A DNA stretch of 63,980 nucleotides, filler included, from Octopus bimaculoides (GCF_001194135.2; 9 parts of 9 records of this genome joined end to end with filler, not necessarily neighbours in it); one strand, 5' to 3'; shown: positions 50,626 through 63,937, counted from the whole stretch's first letter. Program-made: numbers and translations. Notes: generated from the letters alone by a model not told the origin.

Positions 50626-50907
50626 CTAGCAGAAATACCCGGCGTTGCCCGGGTTAAAGAGAATAATGAAATCTAAAAACGCCGTCTAGACTACGCAACC
50701 CTCAACTGTTAGTAGCTACGATACCATATTTCTATATTAATAACTCTCCAATCCATGCCAGCATGGAACATAGATATTAAGTGGAATGCAGAAGAAAGTT
50801 TTCAACTCATATGTATATAAAGTAAATACACGTAATTCAGAAACACGTTTTGTGTATTTTATTTCGGAACCAAACAAACAGGTACAGATTATTAATAATG
50901 AAAGGTC
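50626..50907 (-). mobile_element. Helitron 3' terminus (rest lost in gap)
   Basis: The - strand reads acccgggcaacgccgggt (hairpin), then atttctg, then CTAG|T, the canonical Helitron 3' end. It truncates a SINE at 50515-50625. Confidence 0.75.
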
Positions 50908-51029
50908 NNNNNNNNNNNNNNNNNNNNNNNNNNNNNNNNNNNNNNNNNNNNTTAATTAATTAANNNNNNNNNNNNNNNNNNNNNNNNNNNNNNNNNNNNN
51001 NNNNNNNATTATTCAAATCCCAAAGAATT

Positions 51030-51265
51030 CCTCTCAGCACATGGCTATGATGCTCCCACACTACTTCGGCTCATGATCGGAGATGCACATATCATCAGCC
51101 ACCAAGGGACATGCTCAACTGGTTAAGGTCAAACAACTGACAAGCAAATCTGTGGTATTAAGCAAAATATTTGCTGTAGCCCATCTTTTATACCAAGACA
51201 AAATAATGTACATGATAATACTTCCAATCAATTAAGATCAGATGCCACGGGAGCCACTGCCTGAT
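51030..51265 (-). repeat. Probable interspersed repeat (SINE-like), family not assigned
   Basis: GC-richer island with no ORF, starting ggcagtggctcc on the - strand; single copy in this window, so recognised by pattern only. Confidence 0.35.
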
Positions 51266-51289
51266 TATTATTATTAGTTGCCTTGTAGC

Positions 51290-51590
51290 AAATTTGTTGA
51301 AAGGTGAGTGAATGTTTGGAAAATGGCCAGTGTGAAAGGACCAATTCTGAGCGTGTACCTGTAAAATGGGAATTAAAGGAGATGGGCTCTAGCCTTGTTG
51401 ATCAGGCACCCGTGACCTGAAAGCGCCTCCCCTATTGGGAGTTTTAAAGTATTTAATTTTTTTTTTATTGTTATGCTTTGTTTACACACGTAAAACCAAC
51501 CCATTGTATCGTCCTTTTTTGTCTTTTATACTGTTGCATGTCTTTTAATGTTATTGTACGTGAAGCTTTGTGGCTAATATAAGAATATAT
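51290..51590 (+). mobile_element. Probable LINE (Tx1/L1-like) 3' end
   Basis: Short ORF-end-like stretch (NVWKMASVKGPIL) followed by a T-rich UTR ending ctttgtggctaatataagaa; recognised by pattern only. Confidence 0.35.
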
Positions 51591-52144
51591 TATTATTTTC
51601 ATTATTAGTAGTAGTAATTTACAATAAAATTTTCTGTTGAATATCTCATAGACCTTAAAGCTTTAATGACTTCCAAACAAACTGTTTCATACTTTACGAT
51701 TGAGAAAACGAATGTATTTCAACCTAAGGAAAGTGTTTCAAATTATGACGTTATAATCGCGCTGTTACGTATTATAAGAAAAGAAGACAATAGCAATTGT
51801 AGCCTTTTTCTATGATGCTATACACTTCATTCAAATGATGTACTTCTGTTTTTATTGTTTTAACTGTTAAATGGCTTCTTCGTTTTACAGAAATTGTTAG
51901 ATTCACAATAACTATTCTTTGTGACTATGTTTCTACTAACATACTAACCTACAGTGGATATCGTGCTGTAATATTTAATGTTGCCTTATATATGTTGTTA
52001 CTGAGCAGCCATTTTATACAAATAATATGCAATATGTATGGTATGCAATATGTATGATATTCTAAAGTATTTTATATTGTGTTATCAATTATAAAATAAA
52101 AGGAATAAGTATATTCATCGGAAAAATTAATTTAAAACAGCACC

Positions 52145-52984
52145 ATGTTCAAACATATGGAATTTTACGATAAAAAGGTGGAGTTAAACGCCACCAAGTC
52201 TGAATATGTTAAAAAACGAATTGGATTCGTGGAAAAATTTGAAGAACTTAAAGAGCGGAAATTGGCATTAGAATCTCAAAAGGGAGCACAAGCAAAAATG
52301 TTTAGAACATTTGTTCCTTTCATACAACTTTGCCAGAGGAAAGTGAAAACCAACAAGCATAAATCAATTTTGACGAGATGGTTATCCAAAAAACTAACCG
52401 TAGAAATAGTACTTCTGAAGAAAAAAACCGTACTTCTTCAAACAAAATATGTTAAACTACAACATAGTATTGAGAAACATAGAATTTTCAAAGACTTCAT
52501 GGAGAAAATCGTACGAGAAATTCCTGCCATCATTCATAAGCATGAGTTGATAAATCGCTATCGTGGTTTGGTTCAATGCAACGAAAGGCTTAATACCATA
52601 CAGGACGAGGCATCTGATACACTGGCTGGGTTGAAGAGTCGTCGAAAGCAATTTACTTATGAGGCTTTGCACTTAAACCTTTATAATCAGTTGATTCATC
52701 TAAATAATGAATATTCCGTACAAAACAGGAAGATCAAAAAACTCCAACAACATCTGGATAGTCTTATCAACACTGGTACACAAAAGATATTAGCTTTGGC
52801 CAACATTCGACTTGTCACAAACGAACTCTATCGTATGATAAAATCAAAAGACTCTACTTTAGACACCTTTGTACAACTATCGAAAATTGCCATATATGGA
52901 GAACAATTACAATCATCAATTAGGTTTGTTGTGGAACTTTGTAAGAACGACAAAAAATATCGCAGGATTTCTCTGTTTCATTAA
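52145..52984 (+). CDS. CCDC42: Intronless CCDC42/CFAP73-family (DUF4200-type) coiled-coil protein, 279 aa
   Basis: Uninterrupted 840-nt ORF with a cacc-ATG start. Motifs KLQHSIEKHRIFKDFMEKIV, ELINRYRGLV, INTGTQKILALANIRLVTNELYRMI and DTFVQLSKI are colinear with CCDC42 as I recall it (L..[56 protein letters not shown]). Could equally be the CFAP73 paralogue. Confidence 0.75.
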   Translation: MFKHMEFYDKKVELNATKSEYVKKRIGFVEKFEELKERKLALESQKGAQAKMFRTFVPFIQLCQRKVKTNKHKSILTRWLSKKLTVEIVLLKKKTVLLQTKYVKLQHSIEKHRIFKDFMEKIVREIPAIIHKHELINRYRGLVQCNERLNTIQDEASDTLAGLKSRRKQFTYEALHLNLYNQLIHLNNEYSVQNRKIKKLQQHLDSLINTGTQKILALANIRLVTNELYRMIKSKDSTLDTFVQLSKIAIYGEQLQSSIRFVVELCKNDKKYRRISLFH

Positions 52985-53793
52985 AAGTAAATGCAAATTT
53001 GAAGTTGTTTTGCGTNNNNNNNNNNNNNNNNNNNNNNNNNNNNNNNNNNNNNNNNNNNNTTAATTAATTAANNNNNNNNNNNNNNNNNNNNNNNNNNNNN
53101 NNNNNNNNNNNNNNNACACACACACATACACACACACATATACACACACACACATATATGTACGACGGGTTTCTTTCAGTTTCGGTCTACCAAATCCACT
53201 CAAAAGGACTTAGTCGAATGAGTCTATAGAACAAGACACTTGTCGAAATGGCACTAAACCCGGAACCATTTGGTTGGGAAGCAAACATCTTACCACAGAG
53301 CCACTTTGTATGTATGTATGTGTGCGTGTATTGTGTGCGGGTGCGTGTTTGTGTGTACATATATATTCACATACAGTCTTTCCTGATATAATATGAGCAG
53401 GAGAGAATATCCCGGAGTTCTCTTTATGTTAATAAGCCACATGGCCTCATTTTTTTGTGGGTAAGGAATTAGTTGACTACATCAACTGATACTTATTTTA
53501 TCGACCGCGAGAGGGTGAAAGGCAAAAATCGAATTGGACAGAGTGTGAACTAAGACTGTAACGTTGCACGAAATGTTGCTGAGCGTTTTGTCCGGTGTGC
53601 CAACAATTGTGCTAACTCCCCGACGATATCAGTGGTAATAATAAAATAACAAAAAACAAGGAAGATTTTACTAACTTTGACATTGCGAGTATTCCATTAT
53701 TGATATTACTTTGCTTTGGTTATTGCCTAAATCTGTCTGACACTCGCCGAAGACATTTACATTTCTGTTCAATATTCTCTTCGTATAATTTAC

Positions 53794-53845
53794 CAAGGCT
53801 GGCAGGTGACATCCACACATCATATCCCTATTGTTTCCGAGGTAT
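53794..53845 (-). CDS. Candidate 52-nt exon encoding an LRR C-terminal cap (LRRCT)-like motif
   Basis: Acceptor agagttttgtttataattgcag| and donor ttg|gtaaat. The only open frame is (R)YLGNNRDMMCGCHLPAL, resembling LxLxxNPxxCxCxLxxL. Confidence 0.4.
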
Positions 53846-54789
53846 CTGCAATTATAAACAAAACTCTAAGTGAATGTACTTTAGAGGTATAGAGAATCCC
53901 CTGTTGTATTTCACAACAAAGAAGGATAATATAANNNNNNNNNNNNNNNNNNNNNNNNNNNNNNNNNNNNNNNNNNNNNNNNNNNNNNNNNNNNNNNNNN
54001 NNNNNNNNNNNNNNNNNNNNNNNNNNNNNNNNNNNNNNNNNNNNNNNNNNNNNNNNNNNNNNNNNNNNNNNNNNNNNNNNNNNNNNNNNNNNNNNNNNNN
54101 NNNNNNNNNNNNNNNNNNNNNNNNNNNNNNNNNNNNNNNNNNNNNNNNNNNNNNNNNNNNNNNNNNNNNNNNNNNNNNNNNNNNNNNNNNNNNNNNNNNN
54201 NNNNNNNNNNNNNNNNNNNNNNNNNNNNNNNNNNNNNNNNNNNNNNNNNNNNNNNNNNNNNNNNNNNNNNNNNNNNNNNNNNNNNNNNNNNNNNNNNNNN
54301 NNNNNNNNNNNNNNNNNNNNNNNNNNNNNNNNNNNNNNNNNNNNNNNNNNTATAACAGGAAGGTATTAATGTAAACTTAACTCACCATCCTGTGTAATAG
54401 AGAGAAAAACTGAGTAAATCACAATTTTCTTAAAATCATTGACGCTATGAAAATGTATTCCACCAGGATTGAAACATAAAGTAATCATATATATCTTACT
54501 TTGTTTTGCTCTTAGTTCTTCTTCTTATTTAAATACGGCGATAAATATACAAATATTACTATGATACAAAATATTAAAAACTTGCTCAAAAATAAGTATT
54601 CATGTTATTATTTTGAATGAATATCAATTTCTCAAGTATCAGTGAATTATTTAAATCTACGTAGAAAGCAGATAGAGTATCTTCTTCAGATGATAGAGAT
54701 TGCAAACATTTATGAAACATTTATGATATACGCAATATAATAAAACATAGTCAGTAGCCAGCTGACTTATTCGGAAGTGTTGAGATGTA

Positions 54790-54982
54790 GAGGGTATAGA
54801 GGATATACGAAATATAGATGACATACGATATATAGATGACATACGATGTATAGATGACATGCCATATAGATAACATATTGAATATAGATGATATAGAAGT
54901 TATGGTGGATATTGACGACATACTGGTTATAAATGGCATACTGTATGTAGATGGCATACTGTATGTAGATGGCATACTGTAT
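54790..54982. repeat. 18-bp minisatellite running into a scaffold join
   Basis: Units drift from atatagatgacatacgat to gtatgtagatggcatact. Confidence 0.85.
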
Positions 54983-57900
54983 NNNNNNNNNNNNNNNNNN
55001 NNNNNNNNNNNNNNNNNNNNNNNNNNTTAATTAATTAANNNNNNNNNNNNNNNNNNNNNNNNNNNNNNNNNNNNNNNNNNNNAGTGATAATATTTGATGA
55101 AACATAAGGCAGCGAATGGCAGAGTCGTTAGCACGCCAGCAAAATGCTTAGCGGCATTTCGTCTGTCTTCATGTTCTGAGTTCAAATACCACCGGAATCG
55201 ACTTTGCCTTTCATCCGTTCAGGGTCGATAAAATAAATACTCGTTGATTACTGGAATCGATGCAATCGACTTACGCCTTCACTACCCCCCCCCCGAAATT
55301 GCTGGCCCTGTGCCAAAATCTGAAACTAATTCTTTCACCAATCGTGATTGATGATTTCAGAAGATATGAGAAAGAAATTCTAATGAAGTGCTTTTCAAAT
55401 TTTGTGAATTAACACACCCCTTATTATTATTATTATTACTATCATCACTAGCTCTCTTTCAAAGGCTCCCTCAGGACATAATTTAAATACAGCACAAAAC
55501 ATTACTGCCGACAGGCTGATCACCATTAAAAGACTTCTTGCAGTTAAATCATTTTATCAATGCGATATAGAATGTCGGTACATTTCGACCATTAATATAA
55601 CCAAATGATTTACACAGAGACTAAAAATTGAATATAGTTTTGAAAATTAAGGCCATTAAATGATGGATCTACTGCCCCCTCCCCACGCGACTTCCCACCC
55701 GCCTCCCACACACACACACACACTACCATAAAATAAATAATGAACTCATTTGATAATGTAATAATCGATATCTGAGAAATCACGTGTTTGTCACTGCTAA
55801 AATGCCATTGATCACGGGGTCTGCAGACTCGAGGCTGGCGTGGGTTTTAACATTATCTTCATCAGCGTGAATAACAGTAACAACAACAACAACAACAACC
55901 ACCACCACCACCACCACCATCACCATCACCGCGTACGTGCGTTTACTTACAAAGAATGGATCTCATTACAGCTTTTCGTTTGAGTTCTTCTGCCTGAATA
56001 AAGAGAAAGTAAAAATTGAATTTANNNNNNNNNNNNNNNNNNNNNNNNNNNNNNNNNNNNNNNNNNNNNNNNNNNNNNNNNNNNNNNNNNNNNNNNNNNN
56101 NNNNNNNNNNNNNNNNNNNNNNNNNNNNNNNNNNNNNNNNNNNNNNNNNNNNNNNNNNNNNNNNNNNNNNNNNNNNNNNNNNNNNNNNNNNNNNNNNNNN
56201 NNNNNNNNNNNNNNNNNNNNNNNNNNNNNNNNNNNNNNNNNNNNNNNNNNNNNNNNNNNNNNNNNNNNNNNNNNNNNNNNNNNNNNNNNNNNNNNNNNNN
56301 NNNNNNNNNNNNNNNNNNNNNNNNNNNNNNNNNNNNNNNNNNNNNNNNNNNNNNNNNNNNNNNNNNNNNNNNNNNNNNNNNNNNNNNNNNNNNNNNNNNN
56401 NNNNNNNNNNNNNNNNNNNNNNNNNNNNNNNNNNNNNNNNNNNNNNNNNNNNNNNNNNNNNNNNNNNNNNNNNNNNNNNNNNNNNNNNNNNNNNNNNNNN
56501 NNNNNNNNNNNNNNNNNNNNNNNNNNNNNNNNNNNNNNNNNNNNNNNNNNNNNNNNNNNNNNNNNNNNNNNNNNNNNNNNNNNNNNNNNNNNNNNNNNNN
56601 NNNNNNNNNNNNNNNNNNNNNNNNNNNNNNNNNNNNNNNNNNNNNNNNNNNNNNNNNNNNNNNNNNNNNNNNNNNNNNNNNNNNNNNNNNNNNNNNNNNN
56701 NNNNNNNNNNNNNNNNNNNNNNNNNNNNNNNNNNNNNNNNNNNNNNNNNNNNNNNNNNNNNNNNNNNNNNNNNNNNNNNNNNNNNNNNNNNNNTAGTGGA
56801 AAAAAGTCTTGAATTGTTAGAGAGGAAGACATTTTAAAGGTGGAATGGGTAGAAAAAGGTAAGAAAATAGATACCCCACCCCCAACTCTTTTATTTTTTC
56901 TTTAAATTTTTAGTATGTTATTGTTCTTTATTTGATCAACCTCAGAATTCTTGGGAACAAAGTGAAGAGACTTCAGCAGAACTGAAGCCTCAGAACAAAA
57001 AAAGATAAAAAAAGAAAAGACTAATATATTTGCAAAGTATTTGACTTACCAACATCAGGACCTCTGCTGCTGCTGCTGCTACTACTACTACTACTACTAC
57101 TACTACGACTACTGTCGTTGCTACCTGCCAACGAGGTATCCTCAATATCCTATACTGACCGGTTACATAGAGAGAGAGGGGGGGGGAGAAAGAGACAACC
57201 GGTGTGGGTGTGTTTACGTCACCGCAAGTTAGCGGTTCAGCAAAGAAACTGACAGAATAAGAACGAGGCTTTACAATAATAATAATGATAATAATAATAA
57301 TAATAATAATTCTTTTTACTATATGCACAAGGCCTGAAATTTTGGGAGAGGGGACTGGTCGATTACATCGACCCCAGTGTTTCACTGGTACGTAATTTAT
57401 CGCCGCCACTACCACCACCACCGCCGCCGCCGCTACTCTTTGTTTATCCAAGGTCTTGCTATTTAGCTCCAAGACAGCGTTAACTGAACCAACACAAGAT
57501 TAAGAGACATTCCAGCTTTGACCATCTCGTCTTTTATACTTATCTGGATCTACATCGTCGGATGTTGTTACCTCTTGTCTGAAGACAGACAATATGGGGC
57601 GATTNNNNNNNNNNNNNNNNNNNNNNNNNNNNNNNNNNNNNNNNNNNNNNNNNNNNNNNNNNNNNNNNNNNNNNNNNNNNNNNNNNNNNNNNNNNNNNNN
57701 NNNNNNNNNNNNNNNNNNNNNNNNNNNNNNNNNNNNNNNNNNNNNNNNNNNNNNNNNNNNNNNNNNNNNNNNNNNNNNNNNNNNNNNNNNNNNNNNNNNN
57801 NNNNNNNNNNNNNNNNNNNNNNNNNNNNNNNNNNNNNNNNNNNNNNNNNNNNNNNGGGGGGGGGCGGAGCAGGTCGGATGAAGGAGAAAAATCACACTTC

Positions 57901-60789
57901 GTTTGCATATGAGTAGTTGAAGTAGTTACAACAAATGTTTTCAGTCGTTTATTAAATGATAGTAGATGGCATGTTACGAGGCGGTGAGTTCGCAGAGTTG
58001 TTAGCGAATCAGGCCAAAACTCTTCGCGGTATTTCGTCCGTCTTCACGTTCTGAGTTCAAATTCTGCCAAGGTCGATTTTGCCTTTCATTCTTTAAAAGT
58101 TGGCGAACTGGCAGAGTCGTTAGCGCACCAGGCAAAATGCATACCGGCATTTAATTCGTCCGTCTTTGCATTCTCAGTTCAAATTGCGATGTAGTCGACT
58201 TAATCTTTCATCCTTTACGATATCGATAAAATAGGTACCAGTTGACTATTGGGGATTGATGTAATCGACTTAACCCTTCCCTTGAAATTGCTGGCCTTGT
58301 GCCAAAATTTGAAATCAGTATGTGCATGCACGCAATGACAACCCTTTAGATACTTTGGACGTTATTGTCTCGTGTTCTGGGACTCATTGGGTCGGTCAGC
58401 CGGTTTCCATGGCGAATAAGTGACCGAGGTCACAATGCACCTCTCTGAACGGGACGCAAGTTCGTCGCAATGCAGTTACTCGCTTGTAACTGTGGAGTGA
58501 ACCAACGTGAAGAATGAAGATTTTGGCTCAAGAACTCAAAACAACGAAACTCCCGGCCCAGGAATCAAAACCAGAATCTTGCAATCGCGATTTATAGCAC
58601 TAAATTTTAACGATAAAATCTTTATGTGGACCCCTAAAGGGCCATATGGACACTGGTTTAGTCGAACAAACCAACCCCAGTGCTACTTATTCTATCGGCA
58701 TCTTTTGCCGAACCGCTATGCTACGAGGACGTAAATAACCCAACACACACACATACATACATATATGACGAGCTTTCAGTTACTATCTACCTTATCCACT
58801 CATGAGGCTTTGGTCGGCCCAGAGCTCTAGTAGAAAACACTTGCCAAAGGTGTCAAACAGTAGGACTGAACCTGGAACCATGTGATCGAGAAGCAAACTT
58901 CGTACCACAGCCACACCTAGCTACAGGAAAAGTTTTACAAAATACTACAACTTCCCATATTACAATATGTGTAAGTCCTTCATGATTCTATTTTCTTTTA
59001 TTCATATGATACTAAACCAATATTTTTTATGAATTTAAGCCACTGTAACCGGACTAGTGAATATCCTTTGAGCTAAGTACTATATTGCGCCTTGCCATAA
59101 CTAATTACTGCCTGCTGAGCTCTTTCGTTTCTCTTTCAGGTACAATCTTACCCATTTCTCCCCTAAGCAATACGTCGAGCAAAGGATCCGTCAAGGTCAT
59201 TCTTTTGATTAAGCAGAAGTCAGTTTTTTTTCGTAGGAAAGGATTTAGAGAAGTTATTTTATCAACGAAGAGTGAAAAGTAAAGTCGATCGTACTGAAAT
59301 TTGAACCCAGAATGTAGACGGACGGGAGTGAGACTCCAACACCAGCTACATCAATTTAAGATATGTCTTCAGCATTCCTTCTCTACTGGAAACACTCAAC
59401 GGTCTTTTACAAATGTTAAACAAACAAACGGCACCGAAATCGTATCTAGAGGGAAATGGCATCAAATTAATGAGAAATATTCAATTTACAGTCAGGTACA
59501 TTACCACAAACAATATAATTTGGCTCAGAGAATCGTATAATATCAATTAGCCAAATTGCCAACAGAAAAGTCGCTTGCGGGAGAGGGGTTGAACCGTGTT
59601 TTGAAAATATCCCGAACGTAAAATGTACACTTAACAGGAAATAAAGGCGAAATTGCCCATAAAAGTCTTAATACGAACGCAAATGATGGCGAAAAATTTG
59701 CAGTGAATAGAAATAGCAATAATTATAATAATAATGGTTTCAAATTTTGCCAAAAGGGCAGCTATTTTAAGGGGGAGGATGAGTCGATTACATCGACCAC
59801 AGTGTTCAACTGGTACTTAATTTATGGACCCCGAAAGGATGAAAAGAAAAGTCGACTTCGGCAGAATTTGAACTCAAAACGTAGCGGCAGACGAAATCCC
59901 GCTAAGCAATTCGCCCGGCGTGCTAAAGTTTCTGCCAGCTCGCTGCCTTAATAATGATAACAATAAAATAAATAAATAAATAAAAATAACTACATAGGGT
60001 GAATGAAAGAAAACGAATGCTTGTGATAAATAAGTAAAAATGTTTGAAGTGTACAATATTTAAATACAAACGTACTTGGTTATTATATTCAATACTTTCA
60101 TGGAAATAGCAACAATGAACAATGGAAGTCAAAAAATCTAGGACAAGTGAAAATAACACTAGAAGCAGCGGCGATTATTATTGTAAGTCAGGAAAAGACA
60201 GCTAAGCAAAGTATTAAATGGCTGGTCAGAGCGGTCATGTTTATTGCCAACATAAGACTTAACTAGTTTCCTACGTTAGCAGGTTGTATTGGCTGGCTGC
60301 TAGTAAAACAGAGTGAGACTTAAAAGGGCGGAGGGTGGGCACATCAGGAAATATCTGGAGTTAAGTCTTTTTTACAGCTTAGATTATTTCTACTGAATGT
60401 TTTTTGTCTGTTTGTAAATGAAGCCAACGGAGGTAGATTTCAGCTTTTTTTTTTTTAAAGGGTCGATGACATAACGGTAGCAGCAGAACTTGTAGCTGGC
60501 TGGCTGACTAATNNNNNNNNNNNNNNNNNNNNNNNNNNNNNNNNNNNNNNNNNNNNTTAATTAATTAANNNNNNNNNNNNNNNNNNNNNNNNNNNNNNNN
60601 NNNNNNNNNNNNTTGTATAAATCCTTTTAGTAAGGGACTAAAGCAGTCGATAGTAGTTGGTAAGGGGGAAAGTGGGAGGATTTACAAGTGAAGTAATTTC
60701 ACGAGGTAAACGCTTTCAGACCTAAAATATACACATCACATTCCTATGTCCCCTGTTCTACACAATGTGTACAATACATAAATTGCTAA

Positions 60790-60980
60790 GTATTGAGGAG
60801 AATGTATCCAAAAGTTGCTGTAAACAAAGATACAGTGATTTCCTTTTGCAATAAGACTACTATTATTTGGAAACTTGACTGGATGATAACAAGAATTTGC
60901 CCTACTGATATTAAGACTTGTATGATCCTGGCATCAACTGAGAGCTTCCAAAAAATAATTAATATGTTGAGATGAAACGG
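60790..60980 (+). mobile_element. Short decayed RTE-type RT fragment
   Basis: Frameshifted YL(G)...TDIKTCMILA..ESFQKIINML resembles 'YLGS....C..EIK.RI..AK.AF.K'. Confidence 0.45.
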
Positions 60981-62345
60981 TGAGACTTCAAATCAGTCCA
61001 ACCAGCTTTCGACTGCCATACAGACAATATTAACTGAACAACAGCAACAAAAACAATTACACTTGCAGCAGTACTTAGAATTTGAAACCCTATCAGATCA
61101 TTAACGAGAAAAGGTCACAGTTTATCAAGTTTACATATTTATCAGGGATTTTCCATATCAAGTGGTCTTAGCTTATTTTTCAGCCAATTGCTGTTCTGTT
61201 GCATTTGTGTGGTGGCAAGATTAATGGAATATTCTATGTAGTTTCATGCCAAATCATGTTTATAANNNNNNNNNNNNNNNNNNNNNNNNNNNNNNNNNNN
61301 NNNNNNNNNNNNNNNNNNNNNNNNNNNNNNNNNNNNNNNNNNNNNNNNNNNNNNNNNNNNNNNNNNNNNNNNNNNNNNNNNNNNNNNNNNNNNNNNNNNN
61401 NNNNNNNNNNNNNNNNNNNNNNNNNNNNNNNNNNNNNNNNNNNNNNNNNNNNNNNNNNNNNNNNNNNNNNNNNNNNNNNNNNNNNNNNNNNNNNNNNNNN
61501 NNNNNNNNNNNNNNNNNNNNNNNNNNNNNNNNNNNNNNNNNNNNNNNNNNNNNNNNNNNNNNNNNNNNNNNNNNNNNNNNNNNNNNNNNNNNNNNNNNNN
61601 NNNNNNNNNNNNNNNNNNNNNNNNNNNNNNNNNNNNNNNNNNNNNNNNNNNNNNNNNNNNNNNNNNNNNNNNNNNNNNNNNNNNNNNNNNNNNNNNNNNN
61701 NNNNNNNNNNNNNNNNNNNNNNNNNNNNNNNNNNNNNNNNNNNNNNNNNNNNNNNNNNNNNNNNNNNNNNNNNNNNNNNNNNNNNNNNNNNNNNNNNNNN
61801 NNNNNNNNNNNNNNNNNNNNNNNNNNNNNNNNNNNNNNNNNNNNNNNNNNNNNNNNNNNNNNNNNNNNNNNNNNNNNNNNNNNNNNNNNNNNNNNNNNNN
61901 NNNNNNNNNNNNNNNNNNNNNNNNNNNNNNNNNNNNNNNNNNNNNNNNNNNNNNNNNNNNNNNNNNNNNNNNNNNNNNNNNNNNNNNNNNNNNNNNNNNN
62001 NNNNNNNNNNNNNNNNNNNNNNNNNNNNNNNNNNNNNNNNNNNNNNNNNNNNNNNNNNNNNNNNNNNNNNNNNNTCGATTTTGCCTTTCATCCTTTCAGG
62101 GTCGATAGATTAAGTACCAGTTGTGTACTGTGGTCGGTCTAATCAACTGGTCCACTTCAACCAAAATTTTGGGCCTTGTGTTTTGTGTAGGAAAGAATAA
62201 ACATGTTAAGAAAACCTAAACATTGTGATGAGGTTTCGTTTGGGAGCAATATGCTGCCAGACCAAACTATCCAGCTCCCAACCAACTCCACACATTCACT
62301 AAGTATCAAAGAATTAAGAGAGCAATATTTCATGAGTTTAGAGTA

Positions 62346-62576
62346 CAGTGATTCCTCACCGTATCGCGGTTCACCTGTTGCACTTTATTATTTAAGCTTA
62401 CGTCGATTCCTCCGTGGTGTTATTTTACATTTATGATAAAATAAATATATACAAATTATAAAAANNNNNNNNNNTAACAAAAAATATACAGGGCAATACT
62501 GTTTTCTACTTTGCAGATTTTCACCTGTCGTGGGGTTACTTTGGAACGTTCACCCGCGATATTTGAGGGATTACTG
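62346..62576. mobile_element. pogo/Tigger-type MITE
   Basis: TA|cagtgattcctcaccgtatcgcggt ... acccgcgatatttgagggattactg|TA; ~230 bp, non-coding. Confidence 0.75.
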
Positions 62577-63654
62577 TATTATACTCCTTAAGAAGCACCT
62601 TTCTTTTGAAGTTGTCAAATATAACTGGAAAGTTTGTCTCACTGACCTCAACAATAATTTGGAGGAGAAACACTGAGCATAGAAAGAAATGGTTTTGCTA
62701 AGGTATGTTTCCTGGAAAGTAAAGAATGGTGTCAATATTATCTCANNNNNNNNNNNNNNNNNNNNNNNNNNNNNNNNNNNNNNNNNNNNTTAATTAATTA
62801 ANNNNNNNNNNNNNNNNNNNNNNNNNNNNNNNNNNNNNNNNNNNNTATATATATATATTAATACAGACACTTGCGTATAAATATAGAATCACAGAAACAG
62901 ACAAGTAGATATAATACACATACTCACATAAAGACAACCAGCGCGCACACACAAGCATATAGTCATATGCATCATGTATGTCAGTTTATACTTTTCTTAT
63001 AAAAACATGTATAACTTAATTTGTGCCCCACCTGAGGTCTTTGTTCAATAAATAAATGTCTGTGTGCAAGTGTGCATATAAATATGTTCGCGTGATAGTG
63101 TGTGTGAAATGGTGTGTGAGACTGCAGAAGTATTTATTTATGTTTATATTTGTTTAATTTCTGTCAACGGGAATAATTTGTTGTAAACATAACGCATAGG
63201 AATAAAAGTATAGACTATTATTCTGTATTACATCACTACTATTTTTCTCACTAAATCACAGCCCTTACTCCGTGTTAGGCTATTCAAATTGGATAAATAT
63301 CATTCAATGTAGTGTGTATATTTTGAGCATGTGACACTTGTTTTCAAGAGTGTTAAACTTGATTTCTTCAAGACGCCATCATTTGTAGCCGACATTACAA
63401 AACTGACACCAAACAAAATTAGCTATATCACTTTCAAATCACACCCTACTGTCATAAAAGAAGATATTTGTATCCAGTTATTATATTATTCTAGATACGT
63501 TATAGCTTAAATAATAAGACGAGGAGGGTGGCTGAAATGTCTCTGAACATATATCTACGGAATCAAGTTTGATCTAAGGTTAAACAATCACGATTGCTCA
63601 CATATTAGGGATGCAGCAGTTGTTGATAGATAGATAGATAAATAGATAGATAGG

Positions 63655-63719
<65 letters not shown>

Positions 63720-63937
63720 GAGAAAGATATAAGAGAGGGAATGCGTCAGATAAACAAGAAAGCAGATAGGCTACCAGAGAGTATGAGTGCATATGTGAGA
63801 GGAAAAGAAAGAGCGAGGGAGAGACATCTGTGAGGAAATGTAAGAGATATCGAAAAAGATATATGAAAATATGGATAAACGAATGTATAGCTAGGGCGGC
63901 TAAAATGACAATCGCAAAGTAATACAGTAAATGAAGT

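Noticed and set aside
48149-53115. CCDC42-like gene or hammerhead cluster nested in the guanylyl-cyclase intron
   Set aside because: They sit on separate sub-scaffolds beyond artificial joins; adjacency and orientation are not established.
59140-59200. Exon candidates on either strand
   Set aside because: Good-looking splice sites occur on both strands and short open frames are expected by chance; there is no homology cue.
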